Translations under genes and position numbers: made by a program | Sequence record: SRR22947725_2346 | Direction: 5' to 3' (one strand) | Length of the DNA: 32,039 nucleotides | Part shown: positions 17,662-27,306 of the stretch, piece by piece | Position numbering within the stretch: position 1 is the first letter of the stretch | Layout of the letters: each line of letters opens with the position of its first letter | Notes under the pieces: model-generated | Databases searched by the model: none | What the model saw: only the letters and a program-made list of their open reading frames with translations | Told to the model about the DNA's origin: nothing

Positions 17662-19901
17662 TGCAAAATTCAATTTCTGATAAATACAAAATAATTAATG
17701 ACAAATCCATTCTGTGGAGCCTTCTTGCCTTAAGTATTTTATTTGTCATTGCAAAAATTATTGGAGTTTTACCAGAGTTTCTGAACCGCATGCCAGAAGA
17801 AGCAATTCCAAGATATGCTGAAACGTTAGATAAAGGATTTAATAATAATCGAGATTGGATGACTTCTATAACTCGATTTTTCTCGGAAAGATTAGAGTTC
17901 CAACTTAAAGTAATGGCACATCTATTTTATGGAGCTCGGGTTCATTTTTTTAATCCTATTGATTGGGTTTCTTTAACATTTCCAGCTACAGCATTCGTAT
18001 ACTTTATTGATGGTCGAAAAATTGCTCTTGTAACTGCAAGTGTTATTTCTCTCACTGCAGTTCTCTTCACTTTTTTCATTGGAGAGGAAACTCAACTAAC
18101 ATTTATGTGGGTATTTTTAGGTTTATCTGCAGTTGGGGCTATTTATTTAATAATTAAGCATGAAGTTATGTCTCCAATTATTGTTCTAGGTATTGTTAGC
18201 ATTTATGCAGTAATCCTAAATGGATATAAATTAGGGCCTTTACCATGGTCTTCTATTGCGGCGACTGCTGCTGTGTTGGGGTATTATTTAGGTGGATGGC
18301 GATTGGCACTCTTAGGAGGTGGAACATTTATATGGACGGCTCTTATTGGGCAATGGAAATTGGCGATGGAAACTCTATCAGTTCTTGTCGTTGCCGCTCC
18401 TGTTTCATTTGTGATTGGTCTAATGCTTGGAATTGCTGCTTGGAAATTTACAAAGTTTGATAAATTTCTCAGGCCTTTGCTTTCAGTTCTTCAAACATTA
18501 CCATTTTTTACTTACCTACTTCCTGCCGTAATCTTTTTTAAAGTAGGACCAACTGCTGGTGCAATGGCGACTATTATTTATGCAATACCACCAATGATTT
18601 TGATGACAACTTTAGGGCTTAAAAAAGTTAGCCCAGAAATTGTTGAAGCAGGAAAAATGGCGGGGTGCTCACGCTTCCAAATGTTAAGTAAAGTTTATAT
18701 CCCTGCAGCGCGTACGGAGCTTCTCGTTGGGCTTAACCAAGTTATTATGCTTTGTCTTGCGATGGTAGTTTTGACTGCATTCATTGGTATGCCTGGGTTG
18801 GGTGCAAAACTTTTGGCAATGATGAATTCTTTTAAATTAGGGCGTTCTTTTGAAATTGGTGTTACAATTGTACTTGTTGCCGTAATGTTAGATAGACTAT
18901 CAAAAGCTTGGGTAGTTAAACAGCCAGTTCATTTTGAGCGTGGGGCACCATGGTGGGAACGCCATTTCTTTTTGTTAGCTGCTATTGTAGCATTCTTTGG
19001 CTTTATGTTGTTCAGCATGGAAGTACAATTTGCTGATCAAATCGGTCGCAAACAACACTTCTCAAAAGGTAAAGAAATTGATGGCTTGATAAAAGGTTTT
19101 CTTGATATAGATGCTGTTCAAGCTGTAACAGGTTGGTTGCGTTGGTTTTTAATAACAAAGGTACTTATCCCATTTAGAGATTTACTATTATGGGTGCCGA
19201 CCAGTTCATTTATTCTGTTTATAACAGTATTTTCGCTTTGGTTGGGTGGAAAAAAGCCAGCTATTTATGCATTCTTATTCTTTTCTTTTGTAGCATCAAC
19301 AGGATGGTGGGATCGATCTGTTATAACTCTATATACTGTAATTTCGGCAGTAGCTTTAGCTATGATTATTGGACTACCAATGGCGATAAGTGCTGCAAGA
19401 AGTGAAAAATGGTCAAAAAGAATATTGCTCTTTTGTGATACAGCTCAAACATTCCCAAGCTTTATTTATTTGCTACCGGCTATAATGTTGTTTGGTATAA
19501 ATGATGTTGCAGTAATATTTTCTATATTGATTTTCACTCTTGTTCCATTGATTAGATATACAGTTGAAGGCTTACGAGGTGTTCCACCAGAAATGACTGA
19601 AGCTGCAGATATGGCAGGTGCTTCGCGGTTCCAAAAATTAATTAATGTTCAATTACCACTTGCATTGCCGACCATGGCTGTAGGCTTTAATCAAGCAATT
19701 ATGTTTGCATTTTTTATGGTTATTATTGCTGCATTTATTGGCACCCAGGATTTAGGTCAAGAATTGCAAAGAACACTAGCGGGAACAGATCTAGGAAAGA
19801 ATTTTGTGCTGGGATTATGTGTATCACTTATGGCATTAACTTTTGACCAAACAATAATGAGCTGGACTGAAAAACGAAAAAAAGCACTAGGATTAAAGTG
19901 A
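17661..19901 (+). CDS. tmoV: TMAO ABC transporter fused double permease (2x ProW-like)
   Basis: Two permease modules (QTLPFFTYLLP..EAGKMAG and QTFPSFIYLLP..EAADMAG). TAATG-coupled to tmoW. Confidence 0.87.
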   Translation: MQNSISDKYKIINDKSILWSLLALSILFVIAKIIGVLPEFLNRMPEEAIPRYAETLDKGFNNNRDWMTSITRFFSERLEFQLKVMAHLFYGARVHFFNPIDWVSLTFPATAFVYFIDGRKIALVTASVISLTAVLFTFFIGEETQLTFMWVFLGLSAVGAIYLIIKHEVMSPIIVLGIVSIYAVILNGYKLGPLPWSSIAATAAVLGYYLGGWRLALLGGGTFIWTALIGQWKLAMETLSVLVVAAPVSFVIGLMLGIAAWKFTKFDKFLRPLLSVLQTLPFFTYLLPAVIFFKVGPTAGAMATIIYAIPPMILMTTLGLKKVSPEIVEAGKMAGCSRFQMLSKVYIPAARTELLVGLNQVIMLCLAMVVLTAFIGMPGLGAKLLAMMNSFKLGRSFEIGVTIVLVAVMLDRLSKAWVVKQPVHFERGAPWWERHFFLLAAIVAFFGFMLFSMEVQFADQIGRKQHFSKGKEIDGLIKGFLDIDAVQAVTGWLRWFLITKVLIPFRDLLLWVPTSSFILFITVFSLWLGGKKPAIYAFLFFSFVASTGWWDRSVITLYTVISAVALAMIIGLPMAISAARSEKWSKRILLFCDTAQTFPSFIYLLPAIMLFGINDVAVIFSILIFTLVPLIRYTVEGLRGVPPEMTEAADMAGASRFQKLINVQLPLALPTMAVGFNQAIMFAFFMVIIAAFIGTQDLGQELQRTLAGTDLGKNFVLGLCVSLMALTFDQTIMSWTEKRKKALGLK

Positions 19902-19938
19902 TAAATTAATATTTTATATTATGACTTTTACGTCAAAA

Positions 19939-20850
19939 CTAAGTTTCACTTTTAATAAGTGGACTACATTTTTCTATTATATAATTCATGAAATGCTTCA
20001 TTTTAGGATCTTGCAGTTTCTTATGGGGGTAAAGGCAGCCAATTATTGAAGATATTGGTGGTGTCTCAGGTAAAATTTGAATTAGATTACCATTTTCTAG
20101 ATGTTCTCGTATTTCAAAGTAAGGTTTATTTACTATTCCATATCCTGATAATGCCCATTGAGTTAAAACGTCACCATCATCAGCATCAAACTTTCCAGAA
20201 ACATTTAATTTTTGATGCCCATTATTTGTTTTTATAGTCCAAAAGTATTCAGGTGATCTTGGATAACGTAATAATAAACAATTATGAATACCATTGATGA
20301 GATCATTGGGGGATTTTGGCGTGCCCATTTTTAAAAGATATTTTGGGGAAGCGCATAATATACGATTACAGTTTGCAATTTTTCTGAGCTTTAAATTTGA
20401 ATCTAATGGTGAACCTATAAAAAATGCCATATCTAATTCTTCAGCTAAAATATTAACTTTACGATCAGATAGTCGCATTCTTATTTCAGTATTTGGAAAT
20501 TTTTCTACAAAACCAGGAACTAATGGAGCAATAATCCGCCTTCCAAAACCTAGAGGTGCCGTAACTCTAATCACACCACGAGGTGTGTCTGAAAATTGGG
20601 ATATTGCATTTTCTGCAAAGTCTATAGATGCCAGAACCTTCTTGGCCTCTTTATAAAATACTCGCCCCACTCCTGTTGGAGTGAGTGATCTGGTTGTTCT
20701 ATTAAATAGCCTTACACCAAGATGTTTTTCTAATTCTTTGATGCGTTTGCTTGCAACGGCTGGGGTTAAACGTAAATCCCTACCACCAGACGTAATGCTT
20801 CCAAGCTCAATGATACGCGCAAATACTCTGAGACTCTCTACATATGCCAT
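19939..20850 (-). CDS. LysR-family transcriptional regulator, divergent from xdhABC
   Basis: GSITSGGRDLRLTPAVASKRIKELEKHLGVRLFNRTTRSL HTH plus CrgA-like effector domain. Confidence 0.93.
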   Translation of the reverse strand: MAYVESLRVFARIIELGSITSGGRDLRLTPAVASKRIKELEKHLGVRLFNRTTRSLTPTGVGRVFYKEAKKVLASIDFAENAISQFSDTPRGVIRVTAPLGFGRRIIAPLVPGFVEKFPNTEIRMRLSDRKVNILAEELDMAFFIGSPLDSNLKLRKIANCNRILCASPKYLLKMGTPKSPNDLINGIHNCLLLRYPRSPEYFWTIKTNNGHQKLNVSGKFDADDGDVLTQWALSGYGIVNKPYFEIREHLENGNLIQILPETPPISSIIGCLYPHKKLQDPKMKHFMNYIIEKCSPLIKSET

Positions 20851-20884
20851 TTTATATCCCTAAAGATTTATGAATATATATTTT

Positions 20885-20929
20885 ATTGTTTAAAGATTTT
20901 CAACGTTTTGTTGAAAGTATTTAAACAAT
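20885..20929. promoter_or_regulatory. Long inverted repeat, putative LysR operator between lysR and xdhA
   Basis: ATTGTTTAAA-GAT-TTTCAAC-GTTTT-GTTGAAA-GTA-TTTAAACAAT. Confidence 0.6.
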
Positions 20930-21008
20930 GCAACGCTTTTAAGTAGTAATTAGCTAGGCTATGATATTTAATATCTACTTTGGAATGGACTTAGTTAAGG
21001 GAATATTA

Positions 21009-22472
21009 ATGAAAATTCGTAATGAAATAAAATTTATATTAAACGATCGTAGTATTTCATTAATAGATTTTGAAGTCGAGCAAACCCTTTTAGATTTCTT
21101 ACGTTTGGATCAACAAATGATTGGAACAAAAGAAGGTTGTGCTGAGGGTGATTGTGGAGCCTGTACAGTACTAATTGGCCGATTAACAAATGGGATACTT
21201 AAGTATGAGTCAGTCAATTCTTGTATTAGGTTTTTAGCCTCTTTGGACGGATGTCATGTTGTATCAATTGAGTATTTATCTGGTAAAAATGAAAATCTAC
21301 ATCCTGTTCAAAAGGCAATGGTAGAATATCATGGCAGTCAATGTGGATTTTGCACCCCTGGATTTGTAATGTCTTTATATGCTTTGTGGATGGAAAATCC
21401 CACGCCTTCAAAGCGAGATGTAGAAATTGCTGTTCAAGGAAATTTATGTAGATGCACGGGTTATGAGCCAATTATTAAAGCTGCTTTATCTATAAATAAA
21501 TTTGGAAAACCAGTATTTGATTATTTAAATATAGAAAGAAAAAATATTTCTTCAAAGCTCACAGATCTTCAAGATAAGAAGTGTGTAGTTATTGGCAAAA
21601 ATGATAATGAAGCAATTTTACCAGCAACTATTGATGATTTAGCTGCGATGTTAAAGAGCCGACCAAATGCAACAATAGTTGCTGGTGCAACAGATGTTGG
21701 ATTATGGGTTACCAAATCTTTACGCTCTATATCACCTGCCTTATTTATTGGTAATTTAGCAGAACTTAAGAAGATCGAGATAAAAGATGATATTTTAGAG
21801 TTTGGTGCAGGAGTCACATACTCTGAGATCCAAAGCTGGTTATCTAAATTTTTTCCATTTTTAGAGAATTATTGGGAAAGGATTGCTGGTTGGCAAGTTC
21901 GAAATATGGGTACCATAGGTGGCAATATTGCAAATGGATCACCAATAGGTGATACGCCACCTGTGTTGATTGCCTTAAAATCGGAAATTGTGCTGCGTAA
22001 AGGTAATAAAATCCGTGTTTTGCCTCTTGAAAAATATTTTATAGACTATGGTAAACAAAACCTTCAACAATCTGAATTTATTTTAAGTGTAAGAGTTCCT
22101 TTACCTGTCAGTAATCAATTAAATTCTGCTTACAAGATATCAAAGCGTCGAGAAGATGATATATCCACTCTAGCAGCAGGAATATCTATGGTTGTTGAAG
22201 ATGGTTTAATAAAAGATTGTCGTATTTGTTTTGGTGGAATGGCCGCAACACCTAAACGAGCATCAATCACTGAGGATTCTTTACAAGGAAAGCTATGGTG
22301 TAATGACACCTTCAATAAAGCAGTTAAAATGCTTGATGAAGATTTCAGCCCTCTCTCAGATTGGCGTGCTACTAAAAAATACCGTATGATTGTGGCGCGT
22401 AATCTTTTACAAAGGTTTTTTCTTGAGCATGACTTGAATACTGCGCAACCAATCCAACTATTATCGTCTTGA
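21009..22472 (+). CDS. xdhA: Xanthine dehydrogenase small subunit (2x 2Fe-2S plus FAD)
   Basis: GTKEGCAEGDCGAC, QCGFCTPG, NLCRCTGY, AGATD, GGNIANGSPIGD, KISKR. ATG 21009 after AAGGGA is preferred over 20961. Confidence 0.95.
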   Translation: MKIRNEIKFILNDRSISLIDFEVEQTLLDFLRLDQQMIGTKEGCAEGDCGACTVLIGRLTNGILKYESVNSCIRFLASLDGCHVVSIEYLSGKNENLHPVQKAMVEYHGSQCGFCTPGFVMSLYALWMENPTPSKRDVEIAVQGNLCRCTGYEPIIKAALSINKFGKPVFDYLNIERKNISSKLTDLQDKKCVVIGKNDNEAILPATIDDLAAMLKSRPNATIVAGATDVGLWVTKSLRSISPALFIGNLAELKKIEIKDDILEFGAGVTYSEIQSWLSKFFPFLENYWERIAGWQVRNMGTIGGNIANGSPIGDTPPVLIALKSEIVLRKGNKIRVLPLEKYFIDYGKQNLQQSEFILSVRVPLPVSNQLNSAYKISKRREDDISTLAAGISMVVEDGLIKDCRICFGGMAATPKRASITEDSLQGKLWCNDTFNKAVKMLDEDFSPLSDWRATKKYRMIVARNLLQRFFLEHDLNTAQPIQLLSS

Positions 22473-22485
22473 GAGAGGGAATTTA

Positions 22486-24807
22486 ATGACATTAATCAGA
22501 AAAATTTCTGGTGCAGCTCACTCTAATCATATTCATGAAAGCGCCACAAAGCATGTAACAGGAAAGGCAAAGTACTGTGATGATATTACAGAACCAGTAG
22601 GGACACTACATGCATATCTAGGGGTCTCAGATGTTGCTCATGCTACTATTAAAAGTATGGATTTAACTGCGGTCAAATCAATGCCTGGAGTTATTGGAAC
22701 TATAACAACATTAGATATACCAGGTATGAACGATATAAGCCCGACTGGCCAAAATGATGAGCCGGTATTTCCAGTGGATACAGTTCAATTTTATGGTCAG
22801 CCATTATTTGCAGTAATTGCAAAGACTAGAAAAATTGCACGACATGCTGCTAAACTGGCTGTTATAGATTATGATATTTTACCTCACGCTTTAAGTATCT
22901 CTAGCGCTCAAAATGTTGGTTATCCACACGTTACAGCTCCATTAAAGTTAGAACGTGGGAATGTTGATAAGATTAAATCAAAAGGTTCAAATCAAATAAA
23001 GGGAGAAATTGCTATTGGGGGTCAAGATCATATGTATCTGGAGGGTCAAATTGCATTTGCAGTTCCTGGAGAAGATGATGACTTAATAATTCATTGTTCG
23101 ACACAACATCCTAGTGAAGCACAACATATGGTCGCACAGGTAATGGGAATACCTAATAATGCAGTAACTGTTAATGTGCGTAGAATGGGTGGTGGTTTTG
23201 GTGGAAAAGAAAGCCAAATGAATTTGTTTTGTGTTGTGGCCGCTATTGCAGCAAAAAAGTGGAACTGTGCTGTAAAGCTTCGCCCTGACCGAGATCAGGA
23301 TATGACCTCTACCGGGAAGAGGCATGATTTTGTTATTAATTATAATGTAACATTTGACAACGATGGTCTAATTAAAACAGTTGATAGTATTTTTTCAGCT
23401 AGGTGTGGATATTCATCAGATTTATCGGGTCCGGTTACAGATCGAGCACTTTTCCATGCTGATAATGCATATTATTATCCAAATGTTAGGCTTTCAAGCC
23501 GTCCGATGAAAACAAACACAGTATCTAATACTGCATTTAGAGGGTTTGGAGGTCCTCAGGGTGTTTTAGCTGCAGAGAGAATAATAGAAGAAATATCATT
23601 TATTACCGGGCAAGATCCATTAGATGTTCGAAAGTTAAATTTGTATGGAGAAACAGATCGAAATATAACTCCCTATCATCAAGAGATAAAAGATAACATT
23701 TTACCAAAGTTAATAAATGAATTAGAGAAAAATGCTAATTATCGTGAACGTCGAAATGAAATAAAATCTTTTAATGAATCTTCAAAAATTTTAAAAAAAG
23801 GAATAGCTTTAACACCCGTAAAGTTTGGAATTTCTTTTACGGCTACTTGGTATAATCAAGCTGGTGCATTAATCCATATTTATAATGATGGTTCAATTCA
23901 TTTAAATCATGGTGGAACAGAGATGGGGCAAGGCTTAAATACAAAAATTGCACAAATTGTTGCTGAAGCTTTTCAAGTAGATTTTGATAGAATTAAGATC
24001 ACCAAAACCACAACTGAAAAAGTTCCCAACACATCAGCAACTGCAGCTTCATCAGGTACAGACCTAAATGGAATGGCAGCGTTAAATGCTGCAGACCAAA
24101 TCAAAAATAGATTAATAAAATTCGCTGTATCTCACTGGAACGTAAAAGAAATTGATATTAAATTTATTTCTAATATGGTCCATGTTGGAAAAGAAGCTTT
24201 TAGATTTAACGAATTTATTAAAATGGCTTATATGGAACGTGTTCAGTTATCTGCAGCTGGCTTTTATAAAACTCCTGATATACATTGGGATAGAGCTGCA
24301 GGCAAAGGCAAGCCATTTTATTATTACGCATATGGTGCTGCATGTTCTGAAGTTTCAATTGATACATTGACGGGTGAGTATCGTGTTGATCAAACTGATA
24401 TATTGCATGATGTAGGCTGTTCATTAAACCCAGTCTTAGATAAAGGCCAGATTGAGGGTGCCTTTATTCAAGGAATGGGTTGGCTAACTTCTGAAGAGTT
24501 ATGGTGGGATGATAATGGAAAGTTGCAAACTCATGCACCTTCAACATATAAGATTCCATTAGCTTCAGATAAGCCAAGTATATTTAATGTTGAGCTCGCT
24601 GATTGGTCAGAAAATAGGGAACTAACCATTAAGCGGTCAAAAGCGGTTGGTGAGCCTCCATTTATGTTGGGAATTTCAGTTCTTGAAGCGTTATCAATGG
24701 CTATTTCAAGTATAAATAATTACAAGGTTTGCCCTAAACTTGATACCCCTGCTACGCCAGAAAGAGTATTAATGGCTGTAGAAAAAATGCAAGAATTAAT
24801 AAACTAA
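22486..24807 (+). CDS. xdhB: Xanthine dehydrogenase molybdopterin-binding subunit
   Basis: GGGFGGKESQ, AFRGFGGPQG, HGGTEMGQG, TAASSG, KAVGEPP. Confidence 0.96.
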   Translation: MTLIRKISGAAHSNHIHESATKHVTGKAKYCDDITEPVGTLHAYLGVSDVAHATIKSMDLTAVKSMPGVIGTITTLDIPGMNDISPTGQNDEPVFPVDTVQFYGQPLFAVIAKTRKIARHAAKLAVIDYDILPHALSISSAQNVGYPHVTAPLKLERGNVDKIKSKGSNQIKGEIAIGGQDHMYLEGQIAFAVPGEDDDLIIHCSTQHPSEAQHMVAQVMGIPNNAVTVNVRRMGGGFGGKESQMNLFCVVAAIAAKKWNCAVKLRPDRDQDMTSTGKRHDFVINYNVTFDNDGLIKTVDSIFSARCGYSSDLSGPVTDRALFHADNAYYYPNVRLSSRPMKTNTVSNTAFRGFGGPQGVLAAERIIEEISFITGQDPLDVRKLNLYGETDRNITPYHQEIKDNILPKLINELEKNANYRERRNEIKSFNESSKILKKGIALTPVKFGISFTATWYNQAGALIHIYNDGSIHLNHGGTEMGQGLNTKIAQIVAEAFQVDFDRIKITKTTTEKVPNTSATAASSGTDLNGMAALNAADQIKNRLIKFAVSHWNVKEIDIKFISNMVHVGKEAFRFNEFIKMAYMERVQLSAAGFYKTPDIHWDRAAGKGKPFYYYAYGAACSEVSIDTLTGEYRVDQTDILHDVGCSLNPVLDKGQIEGAFIQGMGWLTSEELWWDDNGKLQTHAPSTYKIPLASDKPSIFNVELADWSENRELTIKRSKAVGEPPFMLGISVLEALSMAISSINNYKVCPKLDTPATPERVLMAVEKMQELIN

Positions 24808-25658
24808 TGACAAAATACATTAAAGAATTACAAAACTTTTTTTTGCGGGATAAAATTATAGTTCAAGTTAATCTAACAAAAGCTTATGGTTCTACCCCAC
24901 GTAATGAAGATACAAAAATGTTCATTAGTAAGACTGATACTTGGGGAACAATAGGTGGTGGACAATTAGAATATTTAATTATTGATCATGCAAGAAATAT
25001 GTTATCTGAAATGATTAATAATGATACATTAAAAATTCCGCTTGGCCCAGAAATTGATCAATGTTGTGGAGGTAAAGTAGAGGTTTATTTAAATATAATG
25101 ACTGAAAAAGATATGCAGTTAACATTGGCTGCATTTGAAAACATAAATAATAATTTACCGCATGTATATATTATGGGTGCAGGGCATGTTGGACGTGCTT
25201 TGGCTTTGCAATTGCAATATTTGCCTGTGAAATGTATTTTGGTTGATAGTAGAAGTTTTGAACTTTTAAAGTGTAAGGCTGGTGTCGAGAAAAGATTAAG
25301 TGCTATTCCTGAAAGAGATATTAAATTATCACCAAAAGGAAGTGCATACGTAATTCTTACTCATAACCATTCTCTTGATTTTATATTATCTGCGGCAGCC
25401 CTAGATAGGGCTGATGCTAATTATGTTGGTATGATTGGATCAAGAACGAAAAGAGCAAAGTTTATAAAATGGTATAATGAAAATTATAAAGGCAAATCTA
25501 CAGAAAAACTTATATGCCCAATTGGGACAGTAAAAAGCCAAGATAAGAGACCTAGCGTTATTGCATCATTTGTAACAGCAGAAGTAATTAATATGTTAAC
25601 ATTTCACACAAATATTAAAAGCAATCAAGGACCTGATTTAAGATTAGTTGGTATTTGA
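24807..25658 (+). CDS. xdhC: Xanthine dehydrogenase accessory (Moco maturation) protein
   Basis: GSTPR, GTIGGGQLE, QCCGG, GAGHVG, LTHNHSLD, GMIGSRTK. TAATG-coupled to xdhB. Confidence 0.93.
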   Translation: MTKYIKELQNFFLRDKIIVQVNLTKAYGSTPRNEDTKMFISKTDTWGTIGGGQLEYLIIDHARNMLSEMINNDTLKIPLGPEIDQCCGGKVEVYLNIMTEKDMQLTLAAFENINNNLPHVYIMGAGHVGRALALQLQYLPVKCILVDSRSFELLKCKAGVEKRLSAIPERDIKLSPKGSAYVILTHNHSLDFILSAAALDRADANYVGMIGSRTKRAKFIKWYNENYKGKSTEKLICPIGTVKSQDKRPSVIASFVTAEVINMLTFHTNIKSNQGPDLRLVGI

Positions 25659-25667
25659 AGAATATAC

Positions 25668-25841
25668 TTATTTATAATTTTTAACATTATTAAGTATAAT
25701 ATTCATAGTCTTTTCTTTGTATCCCATTTTTACTAATTCTGAAGTTACACGTGATTTACCTAATGAATAAAAGAATGAGTCAAAGCCATAAAATATTCCT
25801 AATAAGGGCGCAGAAGTAAATTTCATTAATGTTGGTAACAT
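25668..25841 (-). CDS. 57-aa small protein downstream of the DUF1127-like gene (not in ORF track)
   Basis: MLPTLMKFTSAPLLGIFYGFDSFFYSLGKSRVTSELVKMGYKEKTMNIILNNVKNYK*. It starts 24 nt after the upstream stop and fills the gap to the convergent xdhC stop. Weak SD. Confidence 0.6.
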   Translation of the reverse strand: MLPTLMKFTSAPLLGIFYGFDSFFYSLGKSRVTSELVKMGYKEKTMNIILNNVKNYK

Positions 25842-25865
25842 AGTAATTATTCTTTTTAATTTAAT

Positions 25866-26147
25866 TTAATTTAATTTAATTTCAACTGAATTAAAATAAC
25901 TGTGATCTATGTTAACGCCGCGCTTGATAAGATGATCAATGCAACCATTTGCAACAGCATTAATATCACCGCGACAAAGACCAATGTCTGCCAAATCTTT
26001 ATTTGTTAGTTGGTTTAATTCATTAATGGTTTGACGGCATTTTTTTCTAGACTGTAGTGATTGGTTTATATTTTTCCAAAGAGTTGAAAAAATTTCTGTA
26101 GATGGAATTAATTGACTTAAATTAATTGTACTTGATGCGAATGTCAT
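25866..26147 (-). CDS. DUF1127 (YjiS-like) small protein
   Basis: R..TINELNQLTNKDLADIGLCRGDI fits the DUF1127 pattern ELxxLxDxxLxDIGLxRxDI; AAGGA SD. Confidence 0.85.
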   Translation of the reverse strand: MTFASSTINLSQLIPSTEIFSTLWKNINQSLQSRKKCRQTINELNQLTNKDLADIGLCRGDINAVANGCIDHLIKRGVNIDHSYFNSVEIKLN

Positions 26148-26220
26148 TTTAAAAGTCCTTCTTGAATTTTTGTTTTGATTTTAAGTATGGTTTTTTTTTG
26201 GACAAAACAATAAACACATT

Positions 26221-26237
26221 TGCATTACCGCTATGCA
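26221..26237. promoter_or_regulatory. Palindrome upstream of the DUF1127 gene, putative LysR-type site
   Basis: TGCAT-TACCGCT-ATGCA, containing T-N11-A, with an overlapping GCA-TTATC-TGC at 26235-26245. Confidence 0.5.
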
Positions 26238-26324
26238 TTATCTGCAAACGTAAATTCATTTAAAATATAGGTAAAATTTTACTACTTAATGTTTGATTTG
26301 AAACTTGGTTAATTTATTCATAAA

Positions 26325-27092
26325 TTAAGAAAATATATCATTATCATATGATACCTTAGCTAAATATAATCCATGTGGTGGGCATACTGGCCCACAACAT
26401 GATCTATCTTTTGCTAGTAAGGCTTCATTAACCCTTTCAGGTTCCCAAGCACCAGCACCAACGCGCTCTAATGTACCTATAAAGCTACGTACTTGATTGT
26501 GCAAAAAACTCCGAGCTCTTATTGTGAATTCGAATTCCTTGCCACATTTTAAATCATGTTCTTGTATACTGATTTCATTTAATGATTTTATAGGGCTTTG
26601 AGCTTGGCAAATAGAAGAACGAAATGTTGTAAAGTCATGTTTACCTATAAGGTATTTTGCACCATTTCTCATCAAATCTATATTTAGACTATGTTGAATT
26701 TGCCAAACCCAGCCGGCATCTACAATTGCTGGTGATCTTCTGCTTAGTAGTCTAAATTTATAAAGACGCTCTTTTGCTGAAAATCTCGCATGAAAATCAC
26801 TATCTACAAGTGAGCATTTTGTGACTGAAATGGGTGCAGGTTTTAAATGGTGGTTTATTGCCTCTGATAATCTAAAACTTTCCCAAGATTTGTTAAGATC
26901 TACATGTGCTACTTGACCAGTTGCATGCACGCCAGCATCTGTTCTTCCTGCGCCTTGTATTTCAGGGTTTTCAGGTGCAATTTTTGAAATAGCAATTTCA
27001 ATTGTTTTCTGTACAGATGGAACATCCCGCTGACGTTGCCAGCCGTGATAGGGTTTCCCATCATATTCAACTTTTAGTGCATATCGTGGCAT
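26325..27092 (-). CDS. truA: tRNA pseudouridine(38-40) synthase
   Basis: YDG...[41 protein letters not shown]. Confidence 0.96.
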   Translation of the reverse strand: MPRYALKVEYDGKPYHGWQRQRDVPSVQKTIEIAISKIAPENPEIQGAGRTDAGVHATGQVAHVDLNKSWESFRLSEAINHHLKPAPISVTKCSLVDSDFHARFSAKERLYKFRLLSRRSPAIVDAGWVWQIQHSLNIDLMRNGAKYLIGKHDFTTFRSSICQAQSPIKSLNEISIQEHDLKCGKEFEFTIRARSFLHNQVRSFIGTLERVGAGAWEPERVNEALLAKDRSCCGPVCPPHGLYLAKVSYDNDIFS

Positions 27093-27202
27093 AAATTGTC
27101 GATACCTGTTAAATTACAATTTGCCAAGTTTTATTAGTTTAATGAAAAACAAAATAAAAATATTTTCTTATAATTATTTGGTCTAAGCGAATGATCTTAT
27201 GC

Positions 27203-27231
27203 TAGACGTTTTGCTTTCTGCACATTATAAA
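27203..27231 (+). promoter_or_regulatory. Putative sigma70 promoter of the ileS leader
   Basis: (C)TAGACG-N17-TATAAA, followed after 7 nt by the leader ATG, which is consistent with a leaderless start. Confidence 0.6.
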
Positions 27232-27238
27232 CAGATAC

Positions 27239-27289
27239 ATGATGGCAGTATTTGATATAACTATTCGAATTATTTGCCCGGTGATCTGA
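27239..27289 (+). CDS. Ile-rich leader peptide upstream of ileS (not in ORF track)
   Basis: MMAVFDITIRIICPVI*; 5 of 16 codons are Ile (ATA, ATT, ATT, ATT, ATC), all within the last ten. Confidence 0.7.
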   Translation: MMAVFDITIRIICPVI

Positions 27290-27306
27290 AAATAAGATCT
27301 GCCGGG
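27277..27306 (+). promoter_or_regulatory. GC-rich hairpin spanning the leader-peptide stop codon
   Basis: CCCGGT-GATCT-GAAAATA-AGATC-T-GCCGGG, followed by AAAA rather than a U-tract. Confidence 0.65.

Noticed and set aside
19939-25658. xdhABC as a methylxanthine (caffeine) module functionally tied to the methylamine island
   Set aside because: Canonical Xdh motifs, its own LysR regulator, no Rieske N-demethylase genes and no methylamine box seen; only adjacency supports a link.
25856-25881. Short (TTAAT)n tandem repeat at the end of the DUF1127 gene
   Set aside because: Low-complexity AT sequence with no spacers or cas genes; not a CRISPR array or a meaningful repeat.
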